64,000 bases of DNA, taken from assembly GCA_963780185.1 (NCBI GenBank), contig CAWABA010000005.1, positions 32,001-96,000 on the forward strand. Direction: 5' to 3'. Source of the DNA: Candidatus Bathyarchaeota archaeon. Lineage in GTDB: Archaea > Thermoproteota > Bathyarchaeia > Bathyarchaeales > Bathycorpusculaceae. The notes under the pieces are model-generated. The model worked only from the letters and a program-made list of their open reading frames with translations, did not search any database and was not told the origin of the DNA. This document shows positions 1 through 12,007 of the stretch, in pieces; within the stretch, counting starts at the first letter, position 1; each line of letters begins with the position of its first letter. A program made the translations under genes and the position numbers.

Positions 1-821
<821 letters not shown>

Positions 822-832
822 CTATACAAACC

Positions 833-1387
833 ATGCTTCCAGCCCTAACTGACATAGCTAAGAAAAGGCGCCAACTCGGTCTGAAACAAGCCGAACTCGC
901 AAAGATGGCAGGCGTCAGCCAATCCCTAATCGCAAAGCTGGAAGCCGGAAAAATCGATTCCTCCTACACCAAAGTAAAAACAATTTTTGAAACCCTTGAG
1001 CGACTGGAAGCCAAAACCAAGCTTTCGGCTGGCAAAATGTTCCAAACCGAAGTCATCAGCGTCCAACGAAATGATCCAGTCGCCAAAGTCGTAGAATTGA
1101 TGAAGACCCACGGATACTCGCAGCTTCCTGTTTTTGAAGGAAAGCACTCAGTCGGCAGCATATCAGAGAAAACCATTTTGCGTCAAATCTTAGATGGAAA
1201 AGGTTTACCCCAGATTTCACAGATTGCCACGGGAGAAATTATGGAGGAGGCATTTCCGCAGGTGGGCGAGGATGCGCCGTTGAGTTTGATTTCTGATCTT
1301 TTACAGGTTTATTCTGCTGTTCTGATTTCCCGAAGGGGCAGAGTTGTGGGTATTATTACTAAGGCTGACTTGCTTAGGATGATTTAG
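833..1387 (+). CDS. XRE-type HTH transcriptional regulator with C-terminal CBS pair (COG3620-like)
   Basis: N-terminal HTH (LGLKQAELAKMAGVSQSLIAKLEAG) plus two CBS motifs (YSQLPV...VGSISE; VVGIITKADLL). Confidence 0.9.
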   Translation: MLPALTDIAKKRRQLGLKQAELAKMAGVSQSLIAKLEAGKIDSSYTKVKTIFETLERLEAKTKLSAGKMFQTEVISVQRNDPVAKVVELMKTHGYSQLPVFEGKHSVGSISEKTILRQILDGKGLPQISQIATGEIMEEAFPQVGEDAPLSLISDLLQVYSAVLISRRGRVVGIITKADLLRMI

Positions 1388-1411
1388 GGGCAGGGAAAAC
1401 AATTTTATAAG

Positions 1412-1426
1412 TATAAGCGTGTTATA
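1412..1426. promoter_or_regulatory. Palindromic operator copy 2 (TATAAGCGTGTTATA)
   Basis: Lies directly downstream of TATA-like TTTTATAA (1403-1410) and just before the start at 1429. Confidence 0.65.
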
Positions 1427-1428
1427 GT

Positions 1429-1755
1429 TTGAGGCAAATGAATCCCAGATGCGAAGCCATCGGCAAATATGTTGTTCCCCTTTTCAGGTCACTTGTTGCA
1501 AAAGAACTCATCAACACCTATAACCTCACGCAGGTCGAAGCGGCGCATCGACTGGGAACAACTCAGGCAGCCATAAGCCAGTACATTAATTCGAAGAGGG
1601 CAATCAGGGGGATGGAGCAGTTCGACGATATAGTTCCAAAGATTCAGGCGATGGCGAGCGAGACGGCTAAGCGCCTTGCTAATAAAGAGATTACCTCAGA
1701 TGAAATGACTGTGGATTTTTGCAAGCTGTGCGTTTCTTTTTGCTGTAAGCCGTGA
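1429..1755 (+). CDS. Small archaeal HTH transcriptional regulator (COG2522-like)
   Basis: PxCE N-terminus, HTH LTQVEAAHRLGTTQAAISQYINSKR, C-terminal FCxxC. Confidence 0.85.
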   Translation: MRQMNPRCEAIGKYVVPLFRSLVAKELINTYNLTQVEAAHRLGTTQAAISQYINSKRAIRGMEQFDDIVPKIQAMASETAKRLANKEITSDEMTVDFCKLCVSFCCKP

Positions 1756-1810
1756 AGGCGTTTGGTTTTTGGTCTGGGTACCGTAAAGGTTTTAAATATC
1801 TTAGCCTGAC

Positions 1811-1825
1811 TATAACGGTGTTATA
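1811..1825. promoter_or_regulatory. Palindromic operator copy 3 (TATAACGGTGTTATA) upstream of cysK
   Basis: Perfect 6-bp arms, between TATA-like TTTAAATA (1791-1798) and the GGAG SD of cysK. Confidence 0.75.
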
Positions 1826-1843
1826 AAATGGAGTGAATGCGGC

Positions 1844-2794
1844 GTGAAAATAAACAACAACATATTAGAAACAATAGGCAAAACCCCACTCGTACGCCTA
1901 AACCGATTAACCGAAGGCATAAACGCAACCGTCCTAGGCAAACTCGAATCCAGAAACCCAGGTGGAAGCGTCAAAGACCGCATATGCCAAAGCATGATAG
2001 CGGAAGCGGAAAAACAAGGCCTAATCAAACAAGGCACAACCATCATCGAACCCACCAGCGGCAACACGGGCATCGGCTTAGCCATGGTAGCAGCCGTAAA
2101 AGGCTACAAGCTAATCCTAACCATGCCCGAAACCATGAGCATAGAGCGACGCAACCTGCTCAAAGCATACGGCGCACAACTCGTCCTAACGCCGGGACCA
2201 GAAGGCATGGGCGGGGCCATCAAAAAAGCCGAAGAACTATCTGCCCAAACACCTAACAGCTTTGTGCCCCAGCAATTCAAAAACCTTGCGAACCCGAAAA
2301 TTCACAGGGAAACCACTGGACCCGAAATCTGGAGCGACACCGACGGCAAAGTAGACATTTTAGTCGCGGGTGTAGGCACAGGCGGAACAATAACAGGCAT
2401 CGCCCAGTACATCAAGCCGCTCAAACCATCCTTCAAAGCCGTGGCTGTTGAACCAGCAGCTTCGCCAGTGCTTAGCGGCGGACAGAAGGGACCGCACAAG
2501 ATTCAAGGCATAGGCGCCGGCTTCAAACCCGATGTGCTTAAGCTTGATTTGGTGGATGAAATATTCAAGGTGACGGATGACGATGCACTTAAAACGGCGA
2601 GGCAGCTGGCGCAAAAAGAAGGCTTGCTTGTAGGCATCTCTTCAGGTGCAGCGACGTACGCAGCGCTTGAAATCGCGAAGCGACCGGAAAACAAAGGCAA
2701 AATCATCGTAGTCATTTTGCCAGACACAGGCGAACGCTACCTAAGCACAATCCTGTTCCAAGAACCCTCGGCACCCCCAAGCGCCAACATCTAG
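1844..2794 (+). CDS. cysK: Cysteine synthase A (O-acetylserine sulfhydrylase)
   Basis: [12 protein letters not shown]-lysine motif, [35 protein letters not shown]. Confidence 0.97.
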   Translation: MKINNNILETIGKTPLVRLNRLTEGINATVLGKLESRNPGGSVKDRICQSMIAEAEKQGLIKQGTTIIEPTSGNTGIGLAMVAAVKGYKLILTMPETMSIERRNLLKAYGAQLVLTPGPEGMGGAIKKAEELSAQTPNSFVPQQFKNLANPKIHRETTGPEIWSDTDGKVDILVAGVGTGGTITGIAQYIKPLKPSFKAVAVEPAASPVLSGGQKGPHKIQGIGAGFKPDVLKLDLVDEIFKVTDDDALKTARQLAQKEGLLVGISSGAATYAALEIAKRPENKGKIIVVILPDTGERYLSTILFQEPSAPPSANI

Positions 2795-2862
2795 CGCCCA
2801 CGGCGAGCCGTTTCTCTTATATTGACCCTTTTTTATTTTATGAACGGAAGGTCAGAAAACAG

Positions 2863-3918
2863 ATGGTAACCAAAACTGAAAAGCCGCGCATTAAAGGCGA
2901 TGTGCAAGCAAGCGGAAGCGAGGAAGTTGACGCGTGGAATCCCGATCGGGTGCTGGATGCGCTTATGAGCAATAATGTCGAGGTTGAGGGGGATTGGGTT
3001 GAGAAAGGCTTGCCGAAACTTGTGGATGAGATGGTTGCTAATTATGAGCGGTTCGGCGGCATGGATCACCTCACGGGGCGGGATCTTCCTTCGGTAGAGG
3101 TGGTTGTTGAGGTGCTGGATGATTTGTTCGCGATTCTTTTTCCTGGTTACCTTGGCAAGGAAGAAATTACTAACGCCAACATCAGGTACCATCTGGGTGC
3201 CAAGCTGAATTCTGTTTATGTTAGGCTTACGGGTGAGGTGGAGAAAAGCCTCAAGTACATCTGCAGGAAAACGGGGGCATGTCCCCAAGATGTGTGCCAA
3301 TCACGCGCCCATATTGTTGTTAAGGGGCTTCTTGAAAAGCTGCCTGAAATAAGGTCCATGTTGAGCGGAGATATTCAATCGGCATACGCAGGTGACCCGG
3401 CGGCAGTGAGCACGGACGAAGTAATTTTAAGCTACCCGTGCGTGCTGGCAATTACAGCCTACAGAATAGCTCATGTGCTTTACCTTGACGGAATCCCGTT
3501 GATTCCAAGAATAATGAGCGAGCACATCCACTCAGTAACAGGCATCGACATCCATCCAGGCGCAACCATCGGCAAAAACTTCTTCATCGACCACGGCACA
3601 GGCGTAGTAATCGGCGAAACCACGGAAATAGGCGACAACGTGAAACTCTATCAAGGTGTCACCTTAGGCGCTCTGAGTTTTCTGAAAGATGCAGAAGGCA
3701 ACATCATAAAGGGACGAAAAAGACACCCTACGATTGGAAACAACGTGGTTATCTATTCGGGAGCCACGATTCTGGGGCCTTGCGCGATAATCGGTGACGA
3801 CGTAGTAATCGGCGGGAACGCTTGGGTGACCACGCCTGTCGCTTCAGGGACAAAGATAATTGCAGCCCCTGAACAGAACCGCAAAAAAGAAAACCACGAC
3901 AAAGACGTTCAATCCTGA
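2863..3918 (+). CDS. cysE: Serine O-acetyltransferase
   Basis: [38 protein letters not shown] hexapeptide-repeat motifs; follows cysK. Confidence 0.95.
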   Translation: MVTKTEKPRIKGDVQASGSEEVDAWNPDRVLDALMSNNVEVEGDWVEKGLPKLVDEMVANYERFGGMDHLTGRDLPSVEVVVEVLDDLFAILFPGYLGKEEITNANIRYHLGAKLNSVYVRLTGEVEKSLKYICRKTGACPQDVCQSRAHIVVKGLLEKLPEIRSMLSGDIQSAYAGDPAAVSTDEVILSYPCVLAITAYRIAHVLYLDGIPLIPRIMSEHIHSVTGIDIHPGATIGKNFFIDHGTGVVIGETTEIGDNVKLYQGVTLGALSFLKDAEGNIIKGRKRHPTIGNNVVIYSGATILGPCAIIGDDVVIGGNAWVTTPVASGTKIIAAPEQNRKKENHDKDVQS

Positions 3919-3956
3919 GTAGCCAGGAATTTCGGTTAACCCAGCATTCATCAGTG

Positions 3957-3980
3957 ATTAGTCAAGAAACTTTGACTAAT
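3957..3980. repeat. Inverted repeat ATTAGTCAA-N6-TTGACTAAT (possible operator or terminator hairpin)
   Basis: Perfect 9-bp arms in the cysE / secreted-protein intergenic region. Confidence 0.45.
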
Positions 3981-4040
3981 TCCAGTCAAGGAACCTTTAC
4001 GGATAATCTTTTATCGCCTTAGTTTTCATAATGATGAGTC

Positions 4041-4793
4041 ATGGGATGCCTTGGCAAAAGTTTGGCTTTATTTCTTATTGTTTTGATGGTCATGTCAAGC
4101 CTAATTCTGCTGACGCTTAAGCCTGCGAACGCCCAATCAGTAGCTAAACTTTCTGTGCCAGAATTCAGCGTAACTTATGCTGATAATTCATACGATGTTC
4201 CTGCAAGTTCGACCATTGACCCATTTACTGGTCAGAGTGTGGAAAATCCAGCCCACCACGTCGTGAATAGGGTTCTCACCTTCACAATTAGAAATCAAGA
4301 AGTCACTGATGGTTTCCTACATTATGTCATTGAGATGAAAGGTCACTTTTCGGGGAACTGGACTGGTATCTACGATGGTACTGCCACGACGAATTCAGTT
4401 CTCACAGTGTGGACTTTTTCAACTTCAGACTTATCTGGAAGACAAGAAGACCAATTATACCGTGGCGGTGTCGGCTTTTATCTGCCTTATATTGGCAAGA
4501 CAGATTTTGCGGTGAAAGCCCAGACTTGGGGTGAAGTTATGGCTAAAACCTCCCCTCAAAATCCATTCGGCGGGTCGATAACTACTCTCTTTGCAGAAAG
4601 TGATTGGAGCAATCCACAAACAGTAAACCTGTCTGGAACTTCCGCTTCTCCCTCTTCTTCAAACCCAACATTTTCTTCGAGTTCATCACCAACGCCTGCC
4701 GTTCCGGAGATTTCTTGGTTGACGCTTGCGCCGTTGTTGCTCTCTCTGCTGTTAGTTGCAGTCGGGTTTAGAAGTCGAAAGGTACATATTTGA
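4041..4793 (+). CDS. Secreted/surface protein with PEF-CTERM-like sorting signal
   Basis: Signal peptide (..PANA/Q), Ser/Pro/Thr linker, then VPEI-hydrophobic helix-RSRK C-terminus. Confidence 0.8.
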   Translation: MGCLGKSLALFLIVLMVMSSLILLTLKPANAQSVAKLSVPEFSVTYADNSYDVPASSTIDPFTGQSVENPAHHVVNRVLTFTIRNQEVTDGFLHYVIEMKGHFSGNWTGIYDGTATTNSVLTVWTFSTSDLSGRQEDQLYRGGVGFYLPYIGKTDFAVKAQTWGEVMAKTSPQNPFGGSITTLFAESDWSNPQTVNLSGTSASPSSSNPTFSSSSSPTPAVPEISWLTLAPLLLSLLLVAVGFRSRKVHI

Positions 4794-4879
4794 AATAGGG
4801 TTTCTTGCTTGTTGTGCCCGTGTTTTCAGCTTAAGCAAGCTTAAATAAAAGGCTGAGACAGATTTTATGTGTAGTCTGA

Positions 4880-4955
4880 GCCTAGGTGGCCGAGTCGCAT
4901 AAGCAATCGCCTGCAGAGCGATTTTACAAGGGTTCAATTCCCTTCCTAGGCTCCA
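4880..4955 (+). tRNA. tRNA-Cys(GCA)
   Basis: Acceptor GCCTAGG/CCTAGGC, anticodon arm ATCGC-CTGCAGA-GCGAT, T arm AAGGG-TTCAATT-CCCTT, U73 discriminator, encoded CCA. Confidence 0.95.
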
Positions 4956-5075
4956 TTTTCATTTCAAACTTTGGCTGGTTCGCGTGATTCTGTTTTTCGC
5001 AATTTCGAGGTTTGATTGGCTTGGGTGACTTGATAGTGTTTATATTACTTCGGCTTGATTTAATAAAACCGAAGA

Positions 5076-7574
5076 GTGAAACCGATGCAAGCCTTGCCTA
5101 AAGAATACAATTTCCTCGAAATAGAACGTAAATGGCAGCAGAAATGGGACGAAACAGGCATTTTCCGCTACGACTGGAACGACACCAAGCGGGTACCCTT
5201 CAGCATAGATACGCCTCCGCCTTACCCGTCGGGCGAGTTGCACATGGGAAACGTCCTGAACTGGACCTATTTCGACATGGTTGCCCGCTACAAGAGAATG
5301 CAAGGGTTCAACGTGCTGTTTCCGCAGGGCTGGGATTGCCACGGTTTAGGAATAGAAATCCAAGTTGAAAAACAAAACAACATCCGCAAACGGGATTTGC
5401 CAACAGACAAGTTCCGTGAGATGTGCATTGCATTGGTCGAGAAGTACATTGCTATGATGAAGGAAGGCATCCTCCGGTTGGGCTGCAGCATCGACTGGAC
5501 CACCGAGTACCGCACCATGGACCCCGACTATTGGCGCCGCACACAACTCAGCTTTATTCTTCTCCACAAGAAAGGCTTCATGTATCAGGGCACTCACCCC
5601 GTGAACTGGTGTCCCCACGATGAAACAGCCATAGCCGACGCAGAAGTCGACTACATCAAGAAAGAAGGCACCCTGCACTACATCCGCTTCCAAATTGCGG
5701 AAACCAAGGATTTCTTGATGATTGCCACTTCACGACCCGAATTCATACCCGCATGCGTCGCCATCGAAGTAAACCCCAACGACGAGCGATACTGCAAGTA
5801 CATCGGCAAAACAATCATTGTCCCCATGGTAAACCGCCCAGTCACAGTCATCGCCGACGAATGCGTAGACCCCGCCTTCGGCACAGGCGTCGTCATGATA
5901 TGCACCTACGGCGACAAAGAAGACGTCAAAACAGTACTCAAAAACAAACTCCCAGTCATCACCCTGCTCACCGAGAACGGGCGCATCACTGAAAACGGCG
6001 GCAAATATGCAGGCTTATACATAAACCAAGCACGAGCCGCTATAGTCAAAGATTTGACGGATGCTGGTTTGCTGGAGAAAACAGAGAAAATCAGCCAGGA
6101 AGTCGGCGTTTGCGACCGATGCAAAGCCCAAGTGGAAATCCTTGAGCGCAAACAGTGGTTTATGGAAACACGCAAACTCACCGAAGCCGTTGAAAAAACC
6201 GCGAACGAAATCGTTTGGTACCCTGACTTCATGAAGAACAGGCTTGTGGACTGGGCGAAATCGCTTGATTGGGACTGGGTTATCAGCCGCCAACGAATCT
6301 TCGCGACTCCGATTCCAGTTTGGTTCTGCAAGAACTGCGGAGAACTAATTCTCGCCGACGAGAAGTGGGTGCCTATCGACCCCAAACTTGAAGGTCCACG
6401 CCTCAGCAGCTGCCCAAAATGCGGCGGAAAAGAATTCGTCCCCGAAACCGACGTTTTCGATACGTGGATGGATTCCTCGATAACCTGCGCTGTGCATGCT
6501 GGTTGGCCAGACCGTGCGGATTGGCACAGGCTTTTCCCCGCAAGCATGCATCCCTCGGGCACAGACATCATCCGAACCTGGGCTTACTACCTCATGGTTA
6601 GGCATCTGGCTCTGTTTGACGAAACCCCGTTCAAGAGCGTTCTCATCAACGGGATGGTGCTGGGTCAAGACGGCAGAAAAATGAGCAAATCCCTCAAAAA
6701 CTACATGGCGGCTCCTGAAGCCCTCAACAAGTACGGTGCAGACGCTATTCGCCAGTGGGCAGCGGGCGGAGGCGCAACTGGCTCAGACATTCCTTACCGC
6801 GTTCAAGATGTCGAGTACGGGCGGAGATTCCTTGTTAAGCTGTGGAATGCGTCGGGGTTCGCAAGCAAACTTCTTGCAGATTACCAACCAGATAGCGAGG
6901 CGCCTGTGGATCTTCAGCTTTTGGACCGTTGGATGCTTGGCCAGGCTGAAGCCGTCACTGCAAGGGTGACTGAAGCTTACGAGAAATGCCAATTCAACAT
7001 TGCAGTCGAAGAAATCCGCAACTTCACCTGGCACATGCTCTGTGACTCATATTTGGAAGCCGTCAAAGACAGGCTCTACAGACCTGAGTCGGCGGGGCAA
7101 GCACAAAAAGTCGCCGCACAAAGCGTACTCTACAGCGTCTTGTACCGTGTACTGCAGCTTCTCTCACCAGTTGTTCCGCACTTGACTGAAGAAATATACC
7201 AATGCATTTACGCCGACGCCATGGGCTACGGCAGCCTTCACGTTTCCTCTTGGCCAAAATGTGACCCGTCAAAGATTGATGCGGAAGCGGAAAAGCTGGG
7301 CAACATCATAATGGGGTTAATCAGCGAGGTTCGACGGGAAAAAGCGGAAAAACGCATGCCGCTGAACATGCCGATCAAAGTTTTGACGGTTTATGCTGGC
7401 GAAGAATCCGTTGCCAAAGCCATCAAAAGCGAGTTAGTGGATATTTGCGGCGCTTGCAAGGTGGAAAACCTACAGGTTATGCCTTCCGAAGGCGAGGGTA
7501 GAGCGTTGACGCAGTTCCCAACCGTGCACTTCGCGGCGGAATATGGGCCCCCAGTCGCCAGCCAGAAAGCCTAA
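5076..7574 (+). CDS. valS: Valine--tRNA ligase
   Basis: DTPPPYPSGELHMGN (HIGH), GWDCHG, WVISRQR, DVFDTWMDSS, KMSKS; archaeal-type ValRS. Confidence 0.96.
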   Translation: MKPMQALPKEYNFLEIERKWQQKWDETGIFRYDWNDTKRVPFSIDTPPPYPSGELHMGNVLNWTYFDMVARYKRMQGFNVLFPQGWDCHGLGIEIQVEKQNNIRKRDLPTDKFREMCIALVEKYIAMMKEGILRLGCSIDWTTEYRTMDPDYWRRTQLSFILLHKKGFMYQGTHPVNWCPHDETAIADAEVDYIKKEGTLHYIRFQIAETKDFLMIATSRPEFIPACVAIEVNPNDERYCKYIGKTIIVPMVNRPVTVIADECVDPAFGTGVVMICTYGDKEDVKTVLKNKLPVITLLTENGRITENGGKYAGLYINQARAAIVKDLTDAGLLEKTEKISQEVGVCDRCKAQVEILERKQWFMETRKLTEAVEKTANEIVWYPDFMKNRLVDWAKSLDWDWVISRQRIFATPIPVWFCKNCGELILADEKWVPIDPKLEGPRLSSCPKCGGKEFVPETDVFDTWMDSSITCAVHAGWPDRADWHRLFPASMHPSGTDIIRTWAYYLMVRHLALFDETPFKSVLINGMVLGQDGRKMSKSLKNYMAAPEALNKYGADAIRQWAAGGGATGSDIPYRVQDVEYGRRFLVKLWNASGFASKLLADYQPDSEAPVDLQLLDRWMLGQAEAVTARVTEAYEKCQFNIAVEEIRNFTWHMLCDSYLEAVKDRLYRPESAGQAQKVAAQSVLYSVLYRVLQLLSPVVPHLTEEIYQCIYADAMGYGSLHVSSWPKCDPSKIDAEAEKLGNIIMGLISEVRREKAEKRMPLNMPIKVLTVYAGEESVAKAIKSELVDICGACKVENLQVMPSEGEGRALTQFPTVHFAAEYGPPVASQKA

Positions 7575-7581
7575 ACCAACC

Positions 7582-8400
7582 CTATTTTTCCAATATTTTT
7601 GTGGCTTTCTTCAGCTCCGAGGCGGCTGCTTCCAGCTCCTTTAGCATGGCTTCGAGGTTGTTTTTGTTTTTATGGATTAGGTTGATGAAGGCGCTTCCGA
7701 CGATGACGCCGTCTGCTCCAGCGGCAATGATTTGCTTAACGTGTTGCGGTTTTGAGACTCCGAAGCCGACTGCCAAAGGAACCCTTCCAGATGTGAAAGG
7801 CAGAACCCGTTTGATAAGCTGAATCGTGGAGTCATCCACTGTCGTTTTCGCTCCGGTGACGCCGAAGTGGGAAACAAGGTAGAGAAAGCCCGAAGAGGAC
7901 TGAACTATCTTTATTAGCCGCTCAGGTGAGGTGGATGGAGCCGCCAAAAAAATCGTGTCCAACCCAAAAGTCGCTGCTGCTCGCTTTAAGTCGCCTGATT
8001 CTTCAACCGGCAAGTCGGGAACAATAAGGCCGTCAACCATGCATTCCTTGGCTAAACGGCAAAACCTCTCCAACCCCGTCCTGAAAACAGGGTTATAGTA
8101 AGTCATTATTACGATTGGCGTGTCGTGGCTTTTGTGTATCTTTCTTGCTATCTGCCGCACTTTTAGCGGCGTCGTTCCTGCAGCCAACGCTCGGACGCTT
8201 GCAGCTTGAATTGTCGGTCCATCAGCTATCGGGTCAGAAAACGGCAACCCAAGTTCCAAAATGTCGACTCCGCCTCGGATTAAGGCGTCAGCTATTTTAG
8301 GCGTCAACTCTGGTGTTGGGTCTCCCGCGGTGACGTAGCCGATGAGGGCGCCGTTTCCCGCTGCTTTGGCTTTTCGGAATGCTTCTGTTATCGTGTTCAT
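7582..8400 (-). CDS. trpA: Tryptophan synthase alpha subunit
   Basis: [36 protein letters not shown]. Confidence 0.97.
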   Translation of the reverse strand: MNTITEAFRKAKAAGNGALIGYVTAGDPTPELTPKIADALIRGGVDILELGLPFSDPIADGPTIQAASVRALAAGTTPLKVRQIARKIHKSHDTPIVIMTYYNPVFRTGLERFCRLAKECMVDGLIVPDLPVEESGDLKRAAATFGLDTIFLAAPSTSPERLIKIVQSSSGFLYLVSHFGVTGAKTTVDDSTIQLIKRVLPFTSGRVPLAVGFGVSKPQHVKQIIAAGADGVIVGSAFINLIHKNKNNLEAMLKELEAAASELKKATKILEK

Positions 8401-9593
8401 ATTTTCGCCCCTATGTAGTCAGCGACGGTTTCGACGTCTTTGTCTCCGCGTCCTGAAAGAGTTACCACGATGGATTGTGTCTTCTTCATTTTCGCTGCAA
8501 GCTTCATGGCGTAAGCTACCGCGTGTGAGGATTCTAAGGCAGGGAGGATTCCTTCTTCTTTGCAGAGCGTAAGGAAAGCGTCGACAGCTTCTTTGTCGGT
8601 GGCTGAGGTGTACTGTGCTCTTTTGAGGGTTTTGAGGAAGGAGTGTTCAGGTCCGACGCCTGGGTAATCTAAACCCGCTGAAACGCTGCTGGTGTTCTGG
8701 ATTTGCCCGTTGCTGTCTTGCAAGATGTAGGTTAGCATGCCGTGGAAGACTCCTTCGGCTCCGGCGCCCAAAGACGCTGCGTGCCTGCCCGTTTCCAAGC
8801 CTTCGCCCGCAGCCTCCACGCCGATAAGCGCAACTTCTGCATCGTCTTCAAACGGATAAAACGTGCCGACCGCGTTGCTTCCGCCGCCCACACACGCCAC
8901 CAACGCGTCTGGAAGGCAGCCTTCTTTTCGTTGGAATTGCTCCTTGATTTCTTTGCCTATGACACTTTGAAAATCGCGTACCATCATCGGGTACGGGTGA
9001 GGACCAACAACCGAGCCAATCAGGTAATAGGTGCACTCCAAGTTGGTTACCCAGTCGCGGAAGGCTTCGTTTATCGAGTCTTTGAGGGTTTTTGAGCCAG
9101 TTTCCACGGGGTGCACTTGCGCGTTTAGGAGTTTCATGCGGAAAACGTTCAGGCGCTGCCGTTCGCAGTCTTCGGTGCCCATGTAAACTTCAGCCTTCAA
9201 GCCCAGAGCCGCGCATGCGATAGCCGTTGCCACGCCATGCTGACCCGCGCCTGTTTCAGCGATTACCCGCGTCTTACCCATCCGCTTCGCCAACAGCGCC
9301 TGCCCCAGCGTGTTGTTGATTTTGTGTGCGCCTCCGTGGGCGAGGTCTTCGCGTTTCAGGTAGATTTTTGCGCCGCCCATCTTCCGCGACAGGTTTTCAG
9401 CATAGTAGAGCGGTGTGGGTCGGCCTGCGAAGTCTGCAAGGTAGTAATCCAGTTGCTTCTGGAAGGCTGGGTCCGCTTTGGCTTGGTCGTATGCTTCTTC
9501 CAGCTCCTTAATCGCTCCCATCAGGATTTCGGGAACAAAGCGTCCGCCGTATTTGCCGTATTTTCCATCAACAGGGTACTCGGTTAACTTCAT
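8397..9593 (-). CDS. trpB: Tryptophan synthase beta subunit (TrpB1)
   Basis: [44 protein letters not shown]. Confidence 0.98.
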   Translation of the reverse strand: MKLTEYPVDGKYGKYGGRFVPEILMGAIKELEEAYDQAKADPAFQKQLDYYLADFAGRPTPLYYAENLSRKMGGAKIYLKREDLAHGGAHKINNTLGQALLAKRMGKTRVIAETGAGQHGVATAIACAALGLKAEVYMGTEDCERQRLNVFRMKLLNAQVHPVETGSKTLKDSINEAFRDWVTNLECTYYLIGSVVGPHPYPMMVRDFQSVIGKEIKEQFQRKEGCLPDALVACVGGGSNAVGTFYPFEDDAEVALIGVEAAGEGLETGRHAASLGAGAEGVFHGMLTYILQDSNGQIQNTSSVSAGLDYPGVGPEHSFLKTLKRAQYTSATDKEAVDAFLTLCKEEGILPALESSHAVAYAMKLAAKMKKTQSIVVTLSGRGDKDVETVADYIGAKI

Positions 9594-10369
9594 TTCGCGT
9601 TCACAAACTCCTTCACTTTTTCTTCAACGTTGCCGCTTGACATAACCGCTGAACCAACCAGAAAAGCGCTGGCGCCTGCTCCGCGGAGGAAACGTATGTC
9701 GGCAGCAGTTTTTATTCCGCTTTCACTTACAACCAATTTGCCGTTTGAAGTGTTTTTCCCTAAAATCGTTTTGGTCACGTTCAAATCCACCTTAAAAGTT
9801 GCAAAGTCCCGGTTGTTTATCCCAACCAAATCCGCGTCTGTTTTCACGGCTGACCTGAACTCGTCTTCAGTGTGGGTTTCAAGCAGAACCTCAAGACCTA
9901 GCATGTGCGCTCCAGCAATCATTTCGTCAACGGTTTTTTCGCAGTAGCCGCGGTCAAAAAGCGCCTTTATCAACAGAACCGCGTTGGCTCCCATTTTCTC
10001 TGCGGTATAAACCTGCACGGGGCTAACGATTATGTCTTTCATCAGAACCGGAATTTCTACGGCTTCTCTTGCCGCCGCTAAAGCCTCCAACGAACCGTCG
10101 AAATGCTTCGGCTCAGTCAAAACCGACAAAGCCACGGCTCCACCTCGCTGCATCGCCACCGCAACCTCGCCCGCGTTAACGTTCTTCATGATTACGCCTG
10201 CCGAGGGGGAAGCCGCTTTGATTTCTGCTATGACTGGCATGGCTTGGCTTTGCAGAATCGCTTTTCGCAGGCTCAAGTGTCTGCTGCTTGCTGGTTTGGC
10301 TGTTTCGTAGTATCCGTCTTCGATGGTTACTTGGGCGACCCGCGCCAACACGTCAAGGTAGTCACTCAT
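9590..10369 (-). CDS. trpC: Indole-3-glycerol phosphate synthase
   Basis: [40 protein letters not shown]. Start placed at ATG 10369; the ORF track starts at 10390. Confidence 0.95.
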   Translation of the reverse strand: MSDYLDVLARVAQVTIEDGYYETAKPASSRHLSLRKAILQSQAMPVIAEIKAASPSAGVIMKNVNAGEVAVAMQRGGAVALSVLTEPKHFDGSLEALAAAREAVEIPVLMKDIIVSPVQVYTAEKMGANAVLLIKALFDRGYCEKTVDEMIAGAHMLGLEVLLETHTEDEFRSAVKTDADLVGINNRDFATFKVDLNVTKTILGKNTSNGKLVVSESGIKTAADIRFLRGAGASAFLVGSAVMSSGNVEEKVKEFVNAK

Positions 10370-11423
10370 ACTTTGCTTCATACTCCTCAAGTTTAGATAG
10401 GCTTCCGCCTGAGGCCCCGATCAACGCCTTAAGCTTGCCGTAGGCTGCGCCGCTGAAGATCGATTTGCGGGCTAACTCTACGCCGCCCAAGAAGTCATCT
10501 GCTTTGCCGCCTAAAACGATTCCAGCCGCACTGTTAACCAGCACGAACTCCGTTTTTGGGTCATCGGCTGCAAGGCTGCCTCTGAGAACTTTGACGAATG
10601 CATCCGCACTTTCCTCAGCCGAATCCACACTTAAATCAGCGACGTTTGCCTGCTTTACCCCGAAGTCTCTTGGAGAAGCTTCCAACTCCGTGACTTTGCC
10701 CTGCTTCAACCATGCAACCGCCGTCTTTCCAACCGTTGAAATCTCGTCCAAACCGTCCAGTCCATGGACAACCATGGCTTCTTCGCAACCCAGCCGCCCC
10801 AACGCGTATGCCATAGGTGCGGTAAGTTTGGGGTCGTAAACTCCGAGCAACTGCGCGTTGGCGCCCGCGGGATTCGTTAAGGGTCCGAGAAGGTTGAAGA
10901 CGGTGCGTATTCCGATTTCGCGTCTGGCTTCAGCCGCGTACTTCATGGCTGGATGAAACGCTGGAGCAAACATGAAACCAACTCCAACCTCCTCAATCAT
11001 CGCCTTGACCCGCTGAGGCTCCACCATCAGGTTTAAGCCGAGTTTTTCCAGCACGTCGGCGCTTCCGCTTTTGCTGGTCACCGACCTGTTTCCATGCTTA
11101 GCCACTGAGACTCCTGCCCCCGCGATGACGAAGGCGGCTGCCGTGCTCACATTGAAGGTTTTTATTTTATCTCCGCCTGTCCCGCATGTATCCACAAGGC
11201 GACCCTTAACATTGGGGCAGATTTGGCTGCTTTCTTCACGCATGACAGACGCGAAGGCGATGAGCTCCTCAACTGCTTCGCCTTTCATTCGCAGGGCGGT
11301 TAGGAACGCGGCGGTTTGCGAATTGGTTGCTTGTCCCGACATGACTTCACGCATGATTTCGCCTGACTCGCTGCTGGTTAAGCTGGTGCCCTCGATGAGT
11401 TTCTGTATGCCTTCCCGAATCAC
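10362..11423 (-). CDS. trpD: Anthranilate phosphoribosyltransferase
   Basis: DTCGTGGD, NVST, KHGNRSVTSKSGSADVLE, FNLLGPLTNP, GLDE. Confidence 0.97.
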   Translation of the reverse strand: MIREGIQKLIEGTSLTSSESGEIMREVMSGQATNSQTAAFLTALRMKGEAVEELIAFASVMREESSQICPNVKGRLVDTCGTGGDKIKTFNVSTAAAFVIAGAGVSVAKHGNRSVTSKSGSADVLEKLGLNLMVEPQRVKAMIEEVGVGFMFAPAFHPAMKYAAEARREIGIRTVFNLLGPLTNPAGANAQLLGVYDPKLTAPMAYALGRLGCEEAMVVHGLDGLDEISTVGKTAVAWLKQGKVTELEASPRDFGVKQANVADLSVDSAEESADAFVKVLRGSLAADDPKTEFVLVNSAAGIVLGGKADDFLGGVELARKSIFSGAAYGKLKALIGASGGSLSKLEEYEAKYE

Positions 11424-12007
11424 AGCCGCCTAGCCTCCAAAAAATTCTTGATGATGAGTTTACCGTCTTCGCATAGGATGGATTCAGGATGAAACTGAAC
11501 GCCGTCAATCGGGTACTTTATGTGGCGCACACCCATGATTTCTCCGTCTTCAATGCATTCCGCCGAAATTTCTAAGCATGAAGGCAAAGAGCTGCGTTCT
11601 CCAGCAAGAGAATGGTACCGCGTCGCCGAGAAAGGATTTCGGACATCGGCAAAGATGCCTTTCTGGTCATGCTTTATGATGCAGGTTTTCCCGTGCATGA
11701 GCCGTTTGGCGTGGATGATTTTTCCGCCGTAAGCGTGGATTACTCCTTGGTGACCGAGGCAGACGCCAAGAGTTGGGGTTGTTTGGCTCATGGTTTGCAG
11801 GATTTTTGTGCAGACGCCGAAGTACCTCTCGTCCTCGGGTGTGCCTGGACCTGGCGAAATCACGATTCGGTCAGGTTTGAGCGCCGTCAACTGCTCCATG
11901 GATACTTTGTCGTTGCGGTAAACCACGGGGTCGCCGCCTAGTTCGCCAATGTACTGGACAAGGTTGTAAACGAACGAATCGTAATTGTCAATCACAAGTA
12001 CCTTCAC
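11420..12007 (-). CDS. trpG: Anthranilate synthase component II (glutamine amidotransferase)
   Basis: IDNYDSF, SPGPG, GVCLGHQ, RYHSL, QFHPES. Confidence 0.96.
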   Translation of the reverse strand: MKVLVIDNYDSFVYNLVQYIGELGGDPVVYRNDKVSMEQLTALKPDRIVISPGPGTPEDERYFGVCTKILQTMSQTTPTLGVCLGHQGVIHAYGGKIIHAKRLMHGKTCIIKHDQKGIFADVRNPFSATRYHSLAGERSSLPSCLEISAECIEDGEIMGVRHIKYPIDGVQFHPESILCEDGKLIIKNFLEARRL

